From the NCBI GenBank assembly GCA_918797485.1, contig CAKKNE010000005.1:2294001-2358000 (forward strand): a stretch of 64,000 nucleotides of DNA, in the 5' to 3' direction. A model generated the notes under the pieces. The model was not told where the DNA came from. It ran no database searches and was given only the letters and a program-made list of their open reading frames with translations. This DNA is from Pelagomonas calceolata. Lineage: Eukaryota. Shown piece by piece: positions 18,967-30,050 of the stretch (positions are counted from its first letter, which is position 1; every line of letters starts with the position of its first letter). Position numbers and translations under genes: made by a program.

Positions 18967-21304
18967 ATGACGGGCGTCGACGTCTTCATCTTCGCCGCCG
19001 TCGGCGTCGGCATTTGCTTCGCCGCGTATAATTTCGCCGTCATCCAAAGAACGAAGGTCAACCCGGGCAGAACCTATCAGCCGGCGAATTCGCCCTTAAT
19101 CGCCGTCCAGGCCGAGCTCGCCAAGGTCGAGCAGATCCACGCGACGATTGATACGGGCGCGAAAGCATTCCTAAGAGCGGAGTACACGATCTGCGTGCAG
19201 TTCTTATTGGCGTTCTCCGTACTCTTACTCATCCTGACGACCGTCGGAAGCTCATTTGCTGAAGGCCTCTTCACGACGGTGGCCTTCCTGGTGGGTGGGT
19301 TCACCTCGATCGCGTCGGGGTTATGTGGCATGCTCGTTGCGGTCGACGCGAATGCGCGCACGACGGTCGCGGCCGCGTCGGAGCCCCCGTCGCGATTGAC
19401 GGCGGCGTTCAACGTCGCCTTCCGAGCGGGCGCGGTCATGGGCTTCGCTCTATGTGCGCTGGGTTTGGGCGTTTTACTAGCATTATTGTTAGCCTACCGC
19501 GTGCACTTCAGCGACGTGAGCGAGTGGGCGACGATGATGGACTGCGTCGCGGGCTTCGGGCTGGGCGGGTCCTCCGTGGCCATGTTCGGGCGCGTCGGCG
19601 GCGGCATCTACACGAAGGCCGCGGACGTCGGCGCCGATCTGGTCGGGAAGGTCGTGCACGGCCTCGAAGAGGACGACCCGAAGAACCCGGCGACCATCGC
19701 CGATAACGTGGGCGATAATGTCGGAGACGTCGCGGGCATGGGCTCGGACCTCTTTGGTTCCCTCGCGGAGTCGACGTGTGCCGCCCTCGTCATCGCCTCG
19801 ACGTCTTCTGATTTGTTAGATGCGGGCTGGGCCGCTCTATTGTTCCCCCTCACGATCTCCGCGGCGGGCATTCTCGTGTGCATGGCCTGCTCCTTCATCG
19901 CGACGGATCTGAAGCCCGCTGTGCGGGAGGCGGACGTCGAATCCGCTCTGAAACTGCAGCTCATCTCCACGACCTTCCTCGTCGTGCCGGTGGTGGTCTA
20001 CTTAGCGCATGCCTTATTGCCGGACAAGTTCGAGCTGCCTTCCGTGGTGAGCGGTACGATCAAGGCGTCCTCGACGGGCGCCGCTATTTGTGTGTCCGTG
20101 GGCGCCCTCGGTGGTCTGCTCATCGGCCTCGTGACGGAGTACTACACTTCGCACTCCTACGAACCGGTCCGGGAGTGCGCGCACGTCTGCAAGCAGGGCG
20201 CGGCCGTGAATCTGATCTACGGTCTGGCCCTTGGCTACCGCTCGGCCATCGTGCCCGTGTACACGCTGGCGGCCATCGTCTACTTCGCCTTCTCGCTGGC
20301 TGATCTCTATGGCGTCGCTTTAGCCGCCTTAGGCATGCTCTCGACGCTCGCGACGGGCCTGACGATTGATGGATATGGCCCCGTGACCGACAACGCGGGC
20401 GGCATCGCGGAGATGGCCCAGCTGCCGGCGGCCTGCCGCGAGAAGACGGACTGCCTCGACGCGTGCGGTTGCGGCGTCCCCCTTTCTTCGCCTGCTCGAC
20501 GGCGTGGCCTCGACGCCGTCGCCGCGACGCCTCGTCACCAACGCCGAGGCATGACATACCTACCCACGCAGGGCCGGCAACACGACCGCCGCGATCGGCA
20601 AGGGCTTCGCCATCGGCTCGGCTGCCTTAGTTTCGTTAGCTCTCTACGGCGCCTTCGTCGTCCGCCTGGGCATCACGACGGGTGTGAATGTGCTCACGCC
20701 CCTGACGTTTGCTGCCTTACTCGTCGGCGCCAATTTACCCTACTGGTTCAGCGCCATGACCATGAAGTCGGTTGGTTTAGCGGCCGCGGAGATGGTCCAG
20801 GAGGTCGAGCGCCAGTTCAAGGCCGACCCCTCGCTGCTCGATCCCAACTCCACGAGCACCCCGGACTACGACGCCTGCGTCGAGATCTCGACGAAAGCCT
20901 CGCTGAGAGAGATGATCGCGCCCGCCGCGTTGGTCATGCTCACGCCGCTCGTCGCGGGCACGTTCTTCGGCGTCGAGGCCGTGTTTGGCATCCTGACCGG
21001 CGGCCTCGTCTCGGGCGTCCAGCTCGCCATCTCCATGTCCAATAGTGGAGGCGCCTGGGACAACGCGAAGAAGTACATCTCCGGCGGCTTCGACCCCGAC
21101 CCGGCGCTGCGCAAGAAGGACGGCAACGGCAACTCGACGCCCGCGCACGACGCGGCCGTCACGGGCGACACGGTCGGCGACCCCTTCAAGGACACGTCGG
21201 GGCCGGCGCTCAACATCCTCATGAAGCTCATGGCCATCCTGTCCCTTGTCTTCGCGCAGTACTTCGAGAGCATCAATGGTGGCAAGGGCCTCTTCAAGCT
21301 CTAG
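18967..21304 (+). CDS. H+-translocating pyrophosphatase (K+-dependent type), two exons (18967-20462, 20572-21304)
   Basis: [40 protein letters not shown], spliced [14 protein letters not shown] (Ala at the K+-dependence position), [14 protein letters not shown]. Confidence 0.95.
20463..20571 (+). mobile_element. Introner-like intron (109 nt)
   Basis: GTGCGG...CACGCAG; removal restores the conserved LDAAGNT; contains CTGCTCGACGGCGTGG. Confidence 0.8.
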
Positions 21305-21946
21305 GTGGGGCTTGGCACGAATTGATTCGGCGCGCGTCTTCCCCGCCGTTCTTAAGCACGTAGTCACTTATGTCCTTGTACGTCGCGTCGATGGCGTGGG
21401 GTTGGCGCCGGACCTTGTCTCCCCAGGAGCAGAGGGCTGCCTCGAGAGTCGCGTCGACAGAGTTGGGGTTGGCGCGTCGCCGCTGCGGCAAAAGGGCTGC
21501 CCCCAGCGTGGTGGGAGGTGCAGAACGAACATGTAGGATGGGGGTTGCGTCACCGATGCTGCCGATGCTGCCAATGGGAGCTGAGACCAAGCAACCAGAC
21601 GCGGACCCGCCAATGTGGGCGCACGTGCGTTTCGTTTGCGCTCGATTGGAGAGCGAGCGGAGGGGTCTCTGAAGGCGGGATTGGTACTGCGAAGCGTACA
21701 ACAACGCGTCTAAAAAAAGGCCTTCAAGTTGGGTGGCGGAAGGCAGTCAGCCGCTGCGCTCGCCGCGCGCGGGCTAAGCGGCTCCGAAGAAGCTGCAGCG
21801 GTGTGAATGATCTACAGTGACCACTCAAAGTCGTGAGATAGAAGTGGTTCGTTTTAGGCGTGCGCTGAAGTAAAAAAAGCGAGACCAGACTGGAGCCATA
21901 CCGGAAGCCCTGCGCGCGGAGCGGCATAAAAACGCCAGCGGACCGG

Positions 21947-23143
21947 ATGGAACCCCCAGCCGAGCGTGATGAAGCCTCCAGCAAGCCGAGCCCCCCAGTA
22001 AAAGCCAAGTCCACGCCCACCGCCGGACCGCCGCTCGACGCGGCGCCGCTCGACTACTTCGAGGCCATCCTCAAGGACTCGCCCCACGGGACCAGCAATG
22101 CTACTACTAGATTTCAGGCGACCCACTTCTGGTGGACGGACCCGACGCCGCGACAATTGGCAGACTACGACACGGAGCTGGCGGCCGCGGCTCGGTCGGA
22201 CGACGTTTCCGCCCTCGAAAAAGCTGTGAGTAGTGGACGGTGCCTCGACGCGCGCAATAAATATGGAGAGTCGTTAGTGCATGCGGCGTGTTATGGGAGC
22301 GCACCGCGGGCGCTGGCGTATGTGCTGAGACATGGCGGCTCGCTCAAGGGCTGCGACGCGACGGGGCGGACGCCGTTACATTATGCTTGTTCTGCTAGAA
22401 CGCCCTGTTTTGAAATAGCTCTCCAAATCCTAGCGAGGGAGCCGCGCCAGGCGCACGCCTTCGACGCGCGCGGGAAGCGAGCTCTGAGCAGCGTGCCCGA
22501 CCAGAATCGAAGGGCCTGGTGCGAGTTCATCTACGCGAATCGGCGGGCCCTGCGCGGTTTAGCCTCACCAGAGCCGCGGCTCGTGCCGCCGCGCGTCGCG
22601 AGCCCGCCGCCGCTGTCGACGGTCGCGCCGCCGCCCGCGCCGGCCCTCCCCAAAAAGACGCCGATGACGAGCGGCGAGGCCATCATGCGCCTCATGCCCT
22701 CCTCGCACGGGGACAAGTCGCCGGGCCTCGCGGACGTGTCTCCTCTGATAGCCTCTATGCCCCGCGTCGACAGCCGCGCGACGGTCGGCGAACCTGACCA
22801 AAAGCCGCAGAAGGCCCTACAAATCGACAGCGGCGCCGCGGCGCGCGCCATTGATAGCATCGGCAAGCACGCCAAAGGTAGGGCCGCGTCGCCGCCGCCG
22901 CTCCGGACGTCGCCGGCGACGCGGCTGCGCGAGACGTCCGGCGCTCAGTCCAAAAAGCACGACCGCGACGCCGCCTCCGACGAGGACGACCACAACCGCG
23001 AATGCAAAAGAGCGGAGCCGGACTCGAGCGGCGAGTCGGCCGTGCGTTTAGGATTGCCCGACCCGTCGCCGCCCTTCGACGCGTCACCGGCCGTGCGGAC
23101 GCTCGACCACACGCCGTCGCTGGCGTCGCGCGTGCGGTCCTGA
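21947..23143 (+). CDS. Ankyrin repeat protein with Pro-rich disordered tail
   Basis: NKYGESLVHAAC, GRTPLHYAC. Confidence 0.8.
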   Translation: MEPPAERDEASSKPSPPVKAKSTPTAGPPLDAAPLDYFEAILKDSPHGTSNATTRFQATHFWWTDPTPRQLADYDTELAAAARSDDVSALEKAVSSGRCLDARNKYGESLVHAACYGSAPRALAYVLRHGGSLKGCDATGRTPLHYACSARTPCFEIALQILAREPRQAHAFDARGKRALSSVPDQNRRAWCEFIYANRRALRGLASPEPRLVPPRVASPPPLSTVAPPPAPALPKKTPMTSGEAIMRLMPSSHGDKSPGLADVSPLIASMPRVDSRATVGEPDQKPQKALQIDSGAAARAIDSIGKHAKGRAASPPPLRTSPATRLRETSGAQSKKHDRDAASDEDDHNRECKRAEPDSSGESAVRLGLPDPSPPFDASPAVRTLDHTPSLASRVRS

Positions 23144-23300
23144 CCCGAAATTCGGAAAGCTGTTGCGTCGCGCGACGCGTGTTCCCGCCCCTGCCTATTG
23201 TATATTTTATCTATCTAGCACAAGGGGGAGGCGCAAGCCCCGACGTCCATCGGAGCTCCTGGTGGGAGACCGCGCATCAGGCTACCCCATCACTTCGCTG

Positions 23301-23321
23301 CTAGTGTCTCACTGGCGCTAG
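23301..23321 (+). promoter_or_regulatory. CTAG-N13-CTAG upstream element
   Basis: CTAGTGTCTCACTGGCGCTAG about 210 bp upstream of the ATG at 23530. Confidence 0.6.
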
Positions 23322-23529
23322 CTGCTCCGTCGTCCCGGCTTTTTGCTCGTAGCGCAGTGCTAGAGGAGCGATTGCGTTTAGCGTTGCCGAATTTGTGCGC
23401 TGCCACAGTTGCAAGGGCGAGACCAGCGATTGGGCGCCGACCTTTTAAGCCCAAGTGCCAAACTGCTGCACCAACCTCCAGAGCAGCCGTTGCCCGCGCG
23501 CGGCATCATTTGTGTGATTACAACGCGAG

Positions 23530-24330
23530 ATGCCACCCCCAGCCCCGCAGCAGTTGGCCGCCGCCGCGACGGCAGCGCTCTTGGTCGCGATGCTCCTGCA
23601 CCGGCGCCGCCGAACAACATCGACGCCGCCGCAGCACATCAGGCCGCTGCCCGACTTCGCCACGTTACCGCGCGTCGGCTGGCGCTGGGAGCGCTGGAAG
23701 ACCGCGGACGAGAACTGGCTGGACCTCGCATATCTCGTCGCGCGGGCGTCCGAGGCGAAGGACGGCCACATGGGTTGCTGCATCGTGCGCGACCCGCACG
23801 GCCGCGAGCCGTCCTTGATATCGACGACGATCAACTGCGGCATCTATGGGAGGTACCGCTCGGACCTGCACGCGGAGGCGGCCGCGGTGTCGGACTGCGC
23901 GCGGCGCGGAGAAAAGCTCGAGGGCTGCACGTTGTATGTCACGCGCGCGCCGTGCCCGCGGTGCCACTGCTTGATCGCGGCGGCGGGCATCAGGCGCGTC
24001 GTCGCCCCGACGGACCTTGAAACGGAAGCCTGCGTCGTGTCCGCGGAGGAGTTTGGCATCGAGATGGTCAAGCTGCGGGACGCGCCGCCGCGGAAGGCCT
24101 GGCGCGACGGCCTCGCGGAGAAACACCGAGATAACGACGCGATACTAGCGGCACGCCTCATGCGCAAGAAGCTGAAGAAGGACAAGACCTTCGGCAAGAA
24201 GGTCACGGCGACGCCGCCGAAGCCGAAGTACCCTCCCGGCGATTTCTCTCCAGGAGCTCGCGTCACGACGCCTCCGCGCGCCGGCGCCCCGTTGGCGGCG
24301 ACGCCGGTGAGACCTCGGGCGCCGGACTAA
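23530..24330 (+). CDS. CMP/dCMP-type zinc deaminase
   Basis: LHAEAAAV...CTLYVTRAPCPRC...GIRRVV. Confidence 0.88.
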   Translation: MPPPAPQQLAAAATAALLVAMLLHRRRRTTSTPPQHIRPLPDFATLPRVGWRWERWKTADENWLDLAYLVARASEAKDGHMGCCIVRDPHGREPSLISTTINCGIYGRYRSDLHAEAAAVSDCARRGEKLEGCTLYVTRAPCPRCHCLIAAAGIRRVVAPTDLETEACVVSAEEFGIEMVKLRDAPPRKAWRDGLAEKHRDNDAILAARLMRKKLKKDKTFGKKVTATPPKPKYPPGDFSPGARVTTPPRAGAPLAATPVRPRAPD

Positions 24331-24376
24331 TGTGTTTCTGGGACAACTTGAACATGTCTTAGTACAAGGGGAGAGG

Positions 24377-26053
24377 TCAATCATCAATGACGATCACGTC
24401 GTCGCCGTCGTCGTCCTGCTGCTGCGGGACGTCCGCGACCCGGAGCCTCTCCCGGCCCGGCGGCGCGCGCCGCCACGCCGCGATCCACGCCTCGAGGAGT
24501 CGTACCGTCGCGGTCTTTGCGTGCTCGCCGTCCTCGAGGAGCGGCGCGCCGCCCGGGCGCGCCGCGAGCGCGCGCTCGGCGCCGCAGCCGCCGTCGCGCA
24601 GGCGCCCCTGCCAGAAGACACACGAGTTGACCTTGAGGAGCTTCTTGCCCGACGCGAGCGCGGCCTGGGAGAAGGCAACGTCCTCGGCCCACCGGAGCCG
24701 CGGCTCGAAGCTCAGGCCGGCGCACTGCGCGAGCTCGAAGCGGCAGAACTTGAAGATGGACGTCGCCTTCGCGTCCACGGCGAAGCGCTCGCCGCGCGAC
24801 ACGGTGCCCTTGCCCGACGACGCGATGCCGACGGCCGCGTAGTCGCGCGCGACCTTGAGGCGCCCGACAGTCCGGAGCACATCAAGGAACGACGCCGCCA
24901 CGTCGTCGGCCTGAAGGCCCGAGGGGCCCCACTGCTTGACGCTCCGGACGTTGTCGTCGACCATCCAGCAGCGCGGCACGCAGCACGGCGCCCGGTGCGC
25001 GACGCCCGGCGCGCGACTCAGTAGCACGGCGCCGCGGCAGAACTCGAGGACGCAGAAGCGCGCGAAGCCCACGCGGCGGCCCGCCTCCGGCAGCGCGAAG
25101 AGCAACGGCGTCGTGCGAGGGTCGTCCCCGAAGCCCACGACGTCGCGGTACGCGTCCGCCTCCGCCGGGTCGACGACGTAGCAGAACAGCGTCGCTGCGT
25201 CGGCCGCGGATTCTTCTGCAAAACCGCGGAAGTCCAGGAGCTTCCCGGGCGCCGCGCGCCCGCGCGTCGGGCAGAAGACGACGTGGCGGTCCTTGCCGGC
25301 GTCGCGGTTCGCGACATACCGCGCGAAGCTCTCGACCTGGGCGCGGCCGCCGGACACGTTCACGACGGCCGGCGTGCCCTGGGACAGGCCCGGACCGAGC
25401 GTTGGCACTTGGAACGCGTAGTCGACGACGACGGAACCGTCGGCCAAGGGCTTCGGTCCTAGAGTCGCACCGTCGGCGGCCACCGCCGTCGCGTCGTCGT
25501 CCGGGCCGTCGCGCGGGAAGTATCGGCGCGACGGCGCGGGCATACGCTGGATGCGCGTCGCGTCGTCCGCAGCGTACGGCGTCGCGGCCGCGTGGAGCCG
25601 CGCGAGGTCTCGCCGAATGGCATCCTGGCGCGCGCGCTCGCGCTCGCGGTCGGGCGCGAGCGGTGCGCCGCCGACACGCAGCCCGGCGCCCTCGTTGTTG
25701 CCGTGGAACGCGGGACCGGCAACCCTGGGTCGCTTCGGCGGCGGGTTGTCGACGCCCTCCAGGCGGGCGATCGCCGCGTTGCGTGCGGCGTCGCGCGGGT
25801 TGACCGAACCGCTCCCGAGGCGCTGGCCGTCGGACGGGTCCTGGCCGCCGCCGCGTCCCCGGCCGCCTGCCGCCCGACCGCCGGTGCCGCGCCTTACCTT
25901 ATCCACAAAGCCGTCGCAGTCGTTGCACCACACCACGTCCTTGTCGGCCTCCTTTTTACTTTTGCGGTACCGGACGCTCTTGCGCGGGCACGGCGGCTTG
26001 CAAATCTTGAGGTCGCCTCGGCCGCCGCTGCTAGGGCGGATCGTGCGCGACAT
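24377..26053 (-). CDS. GREB1/TAGT-like (base-J glucosyltransferase-related) GT-A glycosyltransferase with N-terminal Cys4 motif
   Basis: FCPTRGR, YVVDPAEADAY, FALPE..RVGFARF, WMVDDNV, YAAVG, AEDVAFS, GKKLLKVN and GG occur in the order I recall for the GREB1 C-terminal domain. ATG 26053 was chosen; the ORF is open to 26350. Confidence 0.7.
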   Translation of the reverse strand: MSRTIRPSSGGRGDLKICKPPCPRKSVRYRKSKKEADKDVVWCNDCDGFVDKVRRGTGGRAAGGRGRGGGQDPSDGQRLGSGSVNPRDAARNAAIARLEGVDNPPPKRPRVAGPAFHGNNEGAGLRVGGAPLAPDRERERARQDAIRRDLARLHAAATPYAADDATRIQRMPAPSRRYFPRDGPDDDATAVAADGATLGPKPLADGSVVVDYAFQVPTLGPGLSQGTPAVVNVSGGRAQVESFARYVANRDAGKDRHVVFCPTRGRAAPGKLLDFRGFAEESAADAATLFCYVVDPAEADAYRDVVGFGDDPRTTPLLFALPEAGRRVGFARFCVLEFCRGAVLLSRAPGVAHRAPCCVPRCWMVDDNVRSVKQWGPSGLQADDVAASFLDVLRTVGRLKVARDYAAVGIASSGKGTVSRGERFAVDAKATSIFKFCRFELAQCAGLSFEPRLRWAEDVAFSQAALASGKKLLKVNSCVFWQGRLRDGGCGAERALAARPGGAPLLEDGEHAKTATVRLLEAWIAAWRRAPPGRERLRVADVPQQQDDDGDDVIVIDD

Positions 26054-26653
26054 TCTTGGTGCTTTCGTGAGTCTCGCCTCGCCGCGGCGTCTCTGTGGCC
26101 CGCAAAGCTTAGTCGGGTCACCAGGCTCTCCGTAGCTTTTTTGCGCTCTCAGGGTGCCGTTGCTTAAAAAAGCTGCAGCAGAGCGTTGCCAAGGACCGAT
26201 GCGCAGCGAAACGTTACTCGCGAGCACACGTGCGGCCTTGCACGGCGTATGCCAAGCCCTCCAACCAGGCTCGAACTTTGCGTCGAGGCTTGAGGCGGGT
26301 TTTGCAGGCATTACCAATGGAGGCGTCCTCCGTGGTGGTGGAAACGGCATCTCCAGCGGTCAGAGAGACGAGACTGAAAAACCCGCACCCTGGGATTCAT
26401 CTGCGTCTCGAGCCGCGCGCACGCTGTCTGGCGCCGCTGGAGTGCCACGGTGCCAACAGACTAGTTGTACGAACCAAGCAGCCCCTGTTCACAGCGCCAC
26501 GTTCGCGGCGGCGCGCGATTTGCCGCTGTAAAAGAGCTAAACAGCAAAAAGGTTACAGCCAAATAACCCACGCGAACGGGTAGACGCGCGGCGCGCACAA
26601 GCTCGAAACACGCGAACGGGCCGACGCGCCTTACAAAGTCAACAAAGACGACG

Positions 26654-28650
26654 ATGGCGCACCCGTGGGGCGTCCTAGAACTCGTCTCCGAGTCGCCCGT
26701 CTACGACCTCAAGCCCTTCGAAGGGCGGACGCACCCGGTCCCGCAGTCCTACGCGTTAAGTGCTCCGCGCCACGCCATCGGCCGCGCGAAGGACCGCCAG
26801 GGCCTCCCTACCTTAGAACTGCCCTTCGCCGTCATCTCGGGCAAGCACTGTTTGATAGAAAGAGACGACAACGGCACCATTAGGATCACGGACCACTCGT
26901 CGAACGGGACGTCGGTCGAGAAAGAAACACTAGGGAAGGGCAACTCCAAAATACTAAACGACGGCGAGCACATCACGGTCTTCCAAAGACAAAAAACGGC
27001 GTCCCAAGATCAAAATGGACCTGGTGCTGTCATCGAGTATGTGTTCAGAAGAAGGGACGACAAGCCCGAAACTCGCGCCGTGGCCCAGGCCCTCGAGAGG
27101 CAGAATTCACAATTAGAAGCCGACCTGAGGAAAGCTCGAGAGGAAGTGGATAAGTTGCTCGGGCAATTACGGGAAGCATCAACATCAAAAGCCACGCTGA
27201 CACGAGACGCGGCCGAGGCGATCGCGGCGGCCGACTTACTAAGAGACGCGCGGCAGGCGGACCAGGCCTGCCTCAAGGCCGTGGCGTGTGCGCGCGATCT
27301 GGCGCAGCGCGTCGCGGCCGACGCTGAAGGTAGAGTCGCCTCCCTGGAGAAGAGGGCGGCGGACTCCGAGACAGCTCTGGAAGAAGCCGAAGCTAGGTGT
27401 GCCCAGCAGGCCGAGCGGTTCACGGAGCTCGAGGCGCGGTCGAAGGAGATCGAGACGCAACAAGCTAAATCGTCCACCAGTTCCGCGGAGCAACAGGAGG
27501 CGCTGACCGCGTCCGAGCGGGCGCGCGCCGAGGCCGAGCGCGCGCGCGACGCGTCGGACAAGCGCGCTGACGAAGCCGAGGCGCAGCGGGCGCAAGCCGT
27601 GCAAGAGAGGGACGCGGAGATGAGGGCGAGGCAGGGCGCGGAGCGAGAAAGGGACGCGGCGGAAGCTCGAGCCATCACGTCCGACGGGATCGCGGCGGAC
27701 CAGACCGCGTTCCGCGCCGCGGCGGACGCGGCGAAGCGCGAGGCGGACCAGGGCGTCGAGGACCAGGACAGGCGCTTCCGCGAGAAGGAGCGGAGCTTCG
27801 ACGAGGTCCGCCAGGTGCCGGACTGCGTGGAAATCAACCAGGGCGTCGCGTCGATGGCGTGAATGCGCCGTAAACTTTGATCTCCATACAGGTGCTGGAG
27901 CGCAAGGCAAAGAAGGCGGAAAGCCGAGCCGACGAGCAGAAGCAGCGCGCCGACGCGGCCGAGGCCAAGTCGCGCACCGCCGAGGCGTCGACGGACCAGC
28001 TGCGCGCGGACCAGGCCGCGGCGCGGGAGGAGTGCGAGGAGAATTGCATGGCCCGGGACGCGGCGGTGGCGGCGTGCAGCGCCGCCGTCGCGCTCGCGTC
28101 GAGCACGCAGTGGCGCGTCGAGCAGCTCGAGCGGGGCCAGGAGGCGCTCCAGGCGGCGGCGTCGCGGTCGCGCGAGGTCGCCGCGGCGGCGTCGCGTTCC
28201 GCGGCGGCCGTTGGTAGGGACGTGGAGCGCCTGACGGGCGAGATCCTCAACCAGATCGTGCCGGGCCTGCGCCAGGCGCGGTCGGCGCTGGCCGACGCCT
28301 CGATCGCGGCGAGCGACACGCCGCCCGGCGGCTCGCAGACGCTCGACGCGGACGCGATGCAGGACGCCCTGCCGCCGCCTCCTTCATTACCGAGCGTCGA
28401 CGACGAGGACGCGCGCGAGCTCGACTACGCCGCGGATAATGCAGGAGACGAGACGCAGCTCGGCGAGCCGGCGCCGGCCGACGACGCCTCGGCGGCCGCC
28501 GACGCGGGCGACGAGACCCAGGACCCGCTCTCGCCGTCGCCGAAGAAGCGCGGGTCCGAGGAGACGTCGGACTTGCCGCCGCCGAAGCGGGCGCGCGCGT
28601 CGCAGGACACGGCGGACTCTGGCTCACCGCCCGAAGAGCTGAACTTCTGA
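26654..28650 (+). CDS. FHA domain plus long coiled-coil protein, two exons (26654-27814, 27892-28650)
   Basis: FHA motifs IGR, ISGKHC, DHSSNGT; intron removal joins EVRQ|VLERK in frame. Confidence 0.85.
27815..27891 (+). mobile_element. Introner-like intron (77 nt) with TIRs and duplicated junction
   Basis: CTGCGTGGAAATCAA / TTGATCTCCATACAG inverted termini, CAGGTGC at both junctions, CGCGTCGATGGCGTG core. Confidence 0.85.
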
Positions 28651-28694
28651 GTTCCCCCATCCCATCCCTTGTTAAGAGTCCTAGACTATCACAA

Positions 28695-29693
28695 TTACAC
28701 AGACAAAATGAGGTCGCCGAGCGTCAGGCCGCGGCCGAACAACTCAGCGTCGATGGAATGCGCGGCCTCGTTGCCGAGGCCGCCGTCGGCGCCCGGCGCC
28801 TTGAACGACACGTAGAAGAGCACGCGCGTCCCCTTGCTGTTCGGCTGGCCCGCGTGGAGGAGCCGCCCATCATATAATGTGCAGGCGCCCGCGCGCATGG
28901 CCCCGAGCTCAGCGCCGAACGCGTCCAAGACCGAGGGCCCGTCGTCCTCGAGGTCGTCCTGCGCGTCCGGCGAGAGGTGGCTGCCGGGGAAGAAGAGCGT
29001 CGGGCCCCGCTCGAGGTCTATATCCTGCAGCGCGACGAACGCCGTATACAAGCAGGGTTCAGAATCCCAGAACGTGTCTCCATGCACAGTCTGAGCCGGC
29101 GCCCCGGCCTCGCTGACTAATGCCGCGCACTCCCAGAGCTGCGCTTCGGGTCCCACGAGCGCGTCGAGGGCGGCCGCGAGCGGTCCACGTAGGAGCGTCG
29201 TGGTCGCCTCAGACACGACGTCGTCGTAGGGGAGCCTTATGTCAAAGCGCGTCGTCGCGCCGCCGTCGCATCGCTCGCCGAGCACTGCCGAGAGCCCGGC
29301 GCCGGCGTCGCGTCGCTCGAGGATGCGGCTTCGCAACGCTTCGCGCAACGACGCGTCCGGCAGGGCGTCCTCGACGAGGGCCACGCCGCGCGTTCGCACC
29401 GCGTCGACGGCGTCTGTCGCCGGTGCGAGCGGCGTGGTGCGCGACGCGTAGCTCTCGTGCTCCGCCGCTGCACGGATGCGCATTTGCTCGTCGAACGCTT
29501 CGTCGTCTTCGTCGTCGTCCTCGTCCCAGGCGCTGTCGTCGAGCATCCATGCGATCTCTTCATCGGTCGCGGCCAGCCTGCTGCAATGCAGCCTGCTGCA
29601 CGGCTGCACCAGGGAAAAAGCTGCGACTTCCGAGGCCAGCATCGCTGCAAACGCTATTATTAGCGCATTTCTATGCATCCTGAACGTACGCAT
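28695..29693 (-). CDS. PhyH-family 2OG-Fe(II) dioxygenase, probably plastid-targeted
   Basis: QTVHGD, ALQDI..GPT.FFPGSH, YDGRLLHAG.PN..R; signal peptide ending VAA-FSL. Confidence 0.85.
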   Translation of the reverse strand: MRTFRMHRNALIIAFAAMLASEVAAFSLVQPCSRLHCSRLAATDEEIAWMLDDSAWDEDDDEDDEAFDEQMRIRAAAEHESYASRTTPLAPATDAVDAVRTRGVALVEDALPDASLREALRSRILERRDAGAGLSAVLGERCDGGATTRFDIRLPYDDVVSEATTTLLRGPLAAALDALVGPEAQLWECAALVSEAGAPAQTVHGDTFWDSEPCLYTAFVALQDIDLERGPTLFFPGSHLSPDAQDDLEDDGPSVLDAFGAELGAMRAGACTLYDGRLLHAGQPNSKGTRVLFYVSFKAPGADGGLGNEAAHSIDAELFGRGLTLGDLILSV

Positions 29694-29736
29694 AAGGGCT
29701 AACGGAGCTCAACCACTGCTCGCGTTAAACAACGAG

Positions 29737-29758
29737 CTAGCGTCCTGTAACATACTAG
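29737..29758 (-). promoter_or_regulatory. CTAG-N14-CTAG upstream element
   Basis: Reverse complement CTAGTATGTTACAGGACGCTAG between divergent genes. Confidence 0.6.
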
Positions 29759-30050
29759 GGAACGCGAAGAGGAATCAAAGCGTCCAGAAAGGCAGTGGAT
29801 TCACGAACACACGATGCGACGGGTGGGTTTGGAATAATGAGGCTCGTCGTGTGCAGGCAAAGCAGGGATAACCCGGTTAGCCGGCTCTCTCCGATACGCT
29901 AAGCCGAGACGCGTTGTCTCTGTTTTAGACACGCATCGACCACATAAATACCGAGGGCCCGAGAGATCTGCGTCGCGAAGGCCGAGCGGGCGCGAAAACT
30001 ACCGGTGGCACGCGTCGCACTTTCGGGATCGGGAGGAGCGAGCTCGAGTC

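Noticed and set aside
18589..21045. 818-aa ORF as a frameshifted H+-PPase
   Set aside because: Explained by the intron at 20463-20571; the upstream extension begins at a non-ATG codon.
16937..29693. JmjC and PhyH dioxygenases as partners of the TAGT-like gene
   Set aside because: Neither is TET/JBP family, they are not adjacent to it, and the PhyH protein appears plastid-targeted.
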